A stretch of DNA of 64,000 bases from Bilabrum cf. latius (Eukaryota): assembly GCA_965178125.1 (NCBI GenBank), contig OZ237760.1, positions 62,001 to 126,000 of the forward strand. Direction: 5' to 3'. Positions 59,335-64,000 of this stretch are shown here, piece by piece; the first letter of the stretch is position 1, and the number at the start of each line of letters is the position of its first letter. The notes below the pieces were generated by a model. That model had not been told where the DNA came from. It made no database searches and saw only the letters and a list, made by a program, of their open reading frames with translations. The position numbers and the translations under genes are program-made.

Positions 59335-61509
59335 ATGCCGGGCAAGAAATCGTCGAAGAAAGCCGGCGAAGCCGGAGGGACAGGGGCAGCAGCCGCAGCT
59401 GAGTCTGCGGCTGCCGCGCCCGCGAAAGCGCCCGCAAAGGAAATCACCAAGGAAGACGTGGATGCCAAGGAAGCCGAATTCAACCGCCGAAAGGACGAGC
59501 TGCAGAAGCGCCGTGAGACGCTTCGCGCGCAGATCGAGCTCAAGTCCTCCGAGCTGCAGGTCGCGCGCGCCAAGTTTCAGGGCGCAAAGGACGTGCAGCA
59601 GGCGCTCCGTGAAGATTTGAAAGCAGCGAAAGCAAGAAAAGATGCGGTACTCGAAGGCGTCAAGGGCCATCGCTCCAAGATGAAGAGCCTGATCGAAGAC
59701 ATGAAGAGCACAACTGCAGGCATGAGGTACCGGTCCGTCGAGGCCATCGACCGCAGGCTTGAGGAGCTCGAGGACCAGGAACGCTTTGGATCTATGTCAG
59801 CTAGGGAAGAAACAGCGGTTCTAAAGGAGCGCACCGAGCTCAAGGTCCAGCGCATGGCGCTGGAGCGGGTCTCGAGCAAGCAGAAGCGCCTCGACACGCT
59901 CAAGGCGCAGATCGACGACAAGAGCAAGGCGGCGAGCGAGCAGCTCGACGGCATGCGCGAAGAGATGCAGGCAAAATACGAGAAAGTGGAACAGCAAAGT
60001 AAGGTAGTGGACGGCCACCGCGCCGCCATGGACGAGATCTATCACGCGCGCAAGGCCCTCGAAGCCAAGAGGGACGCCGTCCGCAAGGAGCTCGACACCG
60101 TCTACCAGGAAAACAGAGCCTTCAAGGACACGTACCACCAGGCCGTCCGCGACTCGTAGCACGCCAAGTGGCTCGTGCGCCAGGCCGAGCGCGACGAGCA
60201 GAACCGCAAGCGCCGCGCCGAGGACGAGCGCTACAGGCTGCAGGAGAAGCGCAGGTACGAGGAGGACGCGCACAGGCAGGCCGCATACGACCCCGCCGCG
60301 GCCCGCGTGGCGGCCGTCGAGGCGCTTATCGACGAGATCAGGCAGCTGGCGCCCGAGGCGGCCCGCGCCCACGACGAGGAGCGCGGGATCAAGACCGAGG
60401 AGTCCGTCCCGTTCGCCCTCCGCAAGCACGCCTCCGCCACGGGCTCCCAGGCATCCGGCGGAGCCGGCATGTCCTCCGTGCCCCTCCCCGAGGGGACCTC
60501 CAGGGCCAAGGCCGTGGAGCGCACGCAGGACGCGGGGCTCTTCGGGGCTCTGGCGGGCGCGGCGGGCGCGGGATCCAAGGGCAAGAAGGGCAAGGCCGCC
60601 CGCAAGGCAGCCAAGGCCGCGCGCAAGGCAGCCAAGGGAGGCCCGGCGTCGAGCGGTCTGATCCTGCCCAGCGTCATGTCCTTGAGCGAGGAGTCGAGGG
60701 AGCAGCTGACCCGCCTCAAGGTGGATCCCCCCATGTCCACCACCAAGGAGGACGCACTCCCCGTGCTCAAGCAGCTGGAGGACGCGCTCGAGGAGGTCAA
60801 GAAGCAGCCCAGCGAGAGCTACGCGTCCAGGTTCGCCCGCGCGCTGGGGCTCAAGCCCGGGTCCAAGTTGACCACGGTCTTCGGGCCCGGCAAGATCCGG
60901 TCCGTCCGCACGTCCGACGGCATGCTCGAGGTGGAGCTGCAGGGCTTCACGGCGACTCTCTTCTGCACCACGGAGGAGGCCTCCGAGGTGATGTCCAAGG
61001 CCAGGTTCGCGGAGAGGCAGCGGAGGAGGCGGGCCGAGAGGGAGGCCAGGGGGGAGGGCCTGCCCAGGGGGAGGGGGAGGGGGAGGGGCCGCCGCGGGGA
61101 CGGGGAGGGGGGTGAGGGGGGTGCTCCCAGGGGCCGGGGGAGGGGCCGCGGGAGGCGCGGGGACAGGGACGACGAGGGCAAGGGCAGGGGCGCGAGCGGG
61201 GGTGCTCCCCGAGGAGGAGGCAGAGGAGGCGCCGCTGCCGCCGCCACCGGGGGTGCGGGCAAGAAGGCCGTGAGGCCTCCCCCCGGGCTGGGGGCCCCCA
61301 CGGCGGGGGCGCAGGAGAGCAAGGAGGCGGATCCAGGTGCGGAGGGCGAGGCCGCCGCTGCCGAGGAGGAGGAGAAGGTGGGCATCACCGATTCCAAGGT
61401 CGTGCGGGCCGGCAAGGTGGCCGGGGACATCTCCCCGGCGGCCTTCCCCACGCTGGGAGGCACCGGCGGGAAGCGCGCGGGCGGCGCCTGGGCTGCGGGA
61501 GGCCAGTAA
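59335..61509 (+). CDS. Bfr1/proton-pump-interactor-like coiled-coil protein with RGG-rich tail (724 aa)
   Basis: Long coiled coil; YRSVEAIDRRLEELE...GSMS..EE..VLKE..EL and L..LKVDPPMS resemble Bfr1/PPI. Single TAG at 60157 joins two same-frame ORFs. RGRG repeats. Ends TAA. Confidence 0.65.
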
Positions 61510-61908
61510 GTCTTGCAGTGGTTCGGCGCACTCTCGGGGTGCACAGCAGGGTGGAGTTGTGGGTGGGGCAGCCACACCGGATCGCAGAATGGAGGATTGC
61601 GTTGGCCTCCTTTGGATTGACATGGCGTCGGCAGGCGGCAAGTCGCCCCTGTCGCTTGTCGCCATCCGGTCTAGGAGCAGACGCAGTCGCTTGCCGTGGT
61701 GATATGGCAGCTCGTGGCTGGATGCTTGCCAAAACAGAGGGCATTGCTTGTACGCGCATGCAATTCCCCTGGTGGAGAGCAATGGTGATCCAGCTATATG
61801 AAGGTGCCGCAGAGTGGTGGTGCGTCGCTTGCATTTATAATCGATAGCAATATGGTTGTTACTTCTGTGCTGCGTACTTTCTCTAGGATCGTGGCTCTTT
61901 CTGGCAGA

Positions 61909-64000
61909 TCAAAGCTTGAACGAACCAGCAGTGCCGCCAGAGCCACCATTTCTCTTGGACGGCTTTCTGGAGCGCGACCGGCCCGTCGTTCGCAAACCGC
62001 CCCCATTGCTCTGCATGCTAGCGCTACCATCCGATGCGAGCGCCTTGCGGCGAATCTGGTCGGCCTCCTGCCGCGCGACGTCCTGCATATGCTTGAAGAA
62101 CTGCGACGAGCTTCCGTACTTGCTCGGCGCGCTCTCCAGGCTGCCGGCCGCATCCGACGCGCGGCCCGCGCCCTCCCCCCCGGCCTGTTGCTGCCCACCC
62201 GCAGTAGTCCTCGCCCGCTTGCTCGGCCTCCCTCCTGCCCCCGCCACACCGGCTTCTCTGGCCATGGATGCCGCCGCGTGCGGGTTGCCCAGCCCCCCGC
62301 TGGCCCTGCCTGCCGCCTCCTGCACCATGGCGTCCAGCTTCCTCTTCCTCCTCGCGACACGCTTCTTGGCGCGGCGATCCGCCTTCTTCTCCCCCGCAGA
62401 CATCTCCTCCCGGGACCGAACCACACCCCGCACGGGCGCCGCCACCTCCTCCGGCGCTGCGGCACTCCCAATGGAGGCTGCCGCTGCCCCCATGCCCTTG
62501 CCCTTGCGCCGAGTGCCGGCCGCCAGCCCCGCACCCCCGCCCACACCGGCCATGGCAGACGCCCCCGCGCCCACCGCCGCGGATGATCCGATCCCAGGAG
62601 TGGCCTCCTCCAGCGCGACGGCCGCCACTCCTTGGGCCCTGGACCGAACGGACATCTCTGGGGCCCTTGCTCTGGGCGTGAACGCGAAGTTGGAAAGAGC
62701 GTCCAGTCGGTGGAAGAGCTTCCCCATCAGCAGCCTGATCTCGTCCTCGAGCTGCCCGTGCCTGCCCCCTTTGCCCTCCCCATCGCCGTCCTCCCCTTCT
62801 TCCCTCTCCTTTGCAGCCGCCCACTCGGCCTCGTACACCTCGGCCAGCCCCTGCCGCTTGCCCTCGTCCCGCCGAATCAGCTCCTCCGCCTCCGCGAGCT
62901 CTTGTTCCCTGCGAGCCGCCTTGGCCGCCGCGTCCCTGGGCGCCTCATCCACGGGCACCGGATCGTCAAAGGCCCCGTCCATGATCCGCTGGCGAATGAG
63001 AGCCTCGAGCGCAGAGGTGCCGGTCCCGATCCCGTCCCTGCTCAACAGGGCTCCTTCACGCAGACCGCCTGAGCCTGACCCTGCCCCAGCTCCCTCGTCC
63101 CCATCGTCGCTGTCCTCGGCGAGACCAGCCCCAGGCGCGTCTCTGACCACCCTCTCGACGTCCACCACGGCCCCCAGCAAAGAGTCCTGGGGCCGCTGGG
63201 CTGCCCTCACCTCACCGGCGAGCTGCCACTCCCTCCCATGCCTCAGCTAGTGCGCCAGCTTGCTCTCCATCTCCTGGATCTCCTTCTGCTTTGCGCGCAT
63301 GCGCAGTTGGTGAGACGTGAGCCCATCCTCATCCTCATCCTCATCCTCGTCGTCCTCCTCCCCCCCGTCCATGCCTTCATCCCCAGCGGACATGCCCTTC
63401 TGCCGCCCACCCTCCTCATTCTCGTCATCGTCATCATCGTCGTCCGAAGAGGAAGATGCCTCGCCCAGCAGATCCACCTTGCTGCCCTCGATCCCCGCCA
63501 AACGACTTCCATGCTTACCGTCGTCCTCGCTATCGCTCTCGCTCTCACTATCGCTCTCACTATCGCTATCGCTATTACTATCACTGCCCCCCGCCCCATC
63601 GTCCTCATCGCCATCCTCGCTATCACTCCCGCTGCCCTCCTCCTCCTGCTGCTCCTGCAGGAACTCCTCATCGGGCTCGTAGTCCCCCTCGTCACCCAAC
63701 CCCTCGGCCTCCAGCTCCAGCATGCGGTCCAGAGCTGCCTCGGCCTCCTCGTCCTCTTCGTCCTCATCAACATCGGTACCGCCCTTGCTGGAGGTGGAGG
63801 ATGGCTTGCCCTGCTCACGGTCCCCAAAGAAATCGTCCTCGGCACGGGCTGCCCTCCGGATCGCCTCCAGCTTTTCCGCCGCGGTCATGGGTGCTGCCCC
63901 ACCACCCGATTGCTGCTGCTATTGTTCCTCCTCCTCTGGCTACCCGAGGGCAGCACCACCCCCATACAGCACGCGCTCCATCTCAATGTCCTCCTCGTCC
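61909..64000 (-). CDS. MPP10: U3 snoRNP protein Mpp10, 5' end outside window
   Basis: Acidic tract; LTSHQLR..QKEIQEME; WQLAGEVRAAQRPQDSLL; LEALIRQRI....FDD; GLAEVYE; LDALSNFAFTP; APEEV; SSQFF. TAGs at 63940, 63919, 63247. Ends TGA. Confidence 0.92.

Noticed and set aside
1-64000. Mass pseudogenisation as the explanation for in-frame stops
   Set aside because: Lesions are exclusively TAG, with no TAA or TGA and only one frameshift. They hit essential genes whose motifs are otherwise intact.
1-64000. TAG as Trp (A-to-I editing), Leu, Tyr, Glu or pyrrolysine
   Set aside because: TAG sits in poly-Q and QG repeats and aligns with Gln in paralogous repeats. It never occupies a conserved Trp or hydrophobic position, and no pyl genes are present. 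Glu is the closest alternative but fits the repeats worse.
1-64000. Ciliate-type UAA+UAG=Gln code
   Set aside because: No in-frame TAA was found inside any traced CDS, and four genes end at TAA at plausible C-termini. Caveat: the Bfr1-like TAA at 61507 overlaps a possible GTAAGT splice donor.
1-64000. Prokaryote or recoded phage origin (HslU, Era, code-15-like usage)
   Set aside because: Spliceosomal introns, PLK, MPP10, CIAO1 and mitochondrial presequences show a eukaryotic nuclear genome.

Overview
Gene-dense, GC-rich eukaryotic (protist-type) nuclear DNA with about 20 protein-coding genes, a few short GT-AG spliceosomal introns and short, AT-richer intergenic spacers. Many genes sit in head-to-head pairs. 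The main signal is a non-standard nuclear genetic code: TAG is a sense codon, read as Gln, while TAA and TGA remain stops. By hand count about 90 in-frame TAGs interrupt 16 genes, including essential ones. No complete gene ends in TAG; 14 end in TGA and 4 in TAA. The supplied standard-code ORF track therefore fragments most genes. Re-reading with TAG=Gln gives (i) a >4,860-aa mitochondrial HIBCH/mS47-like protein whose crotonase fold is split by a ~4,000-aa insertion, (ii) a ~4,900-aa membrane protein with six tandem FG-GAP propeller modules, and (iii) a small Cys-rich gene missing from the ORF track. Other genes: CIAO1, DDX49/DBP8, ADP-ribosylglycohydrolase-like (frameshifted), polo-like kinase, PGS1, glucose-6-phosphate 1-epimerase, pectin acetylesterase, membrane aspartic protease, Era, HslU, SEN2, Bfr1-like and MPP10. 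No rRNA, tRNA, CRISPR array or mobile element was seen. The organism cannot be identified from the window; a stramenopile-like heterotrophic flagellate is only a guess from gene style.
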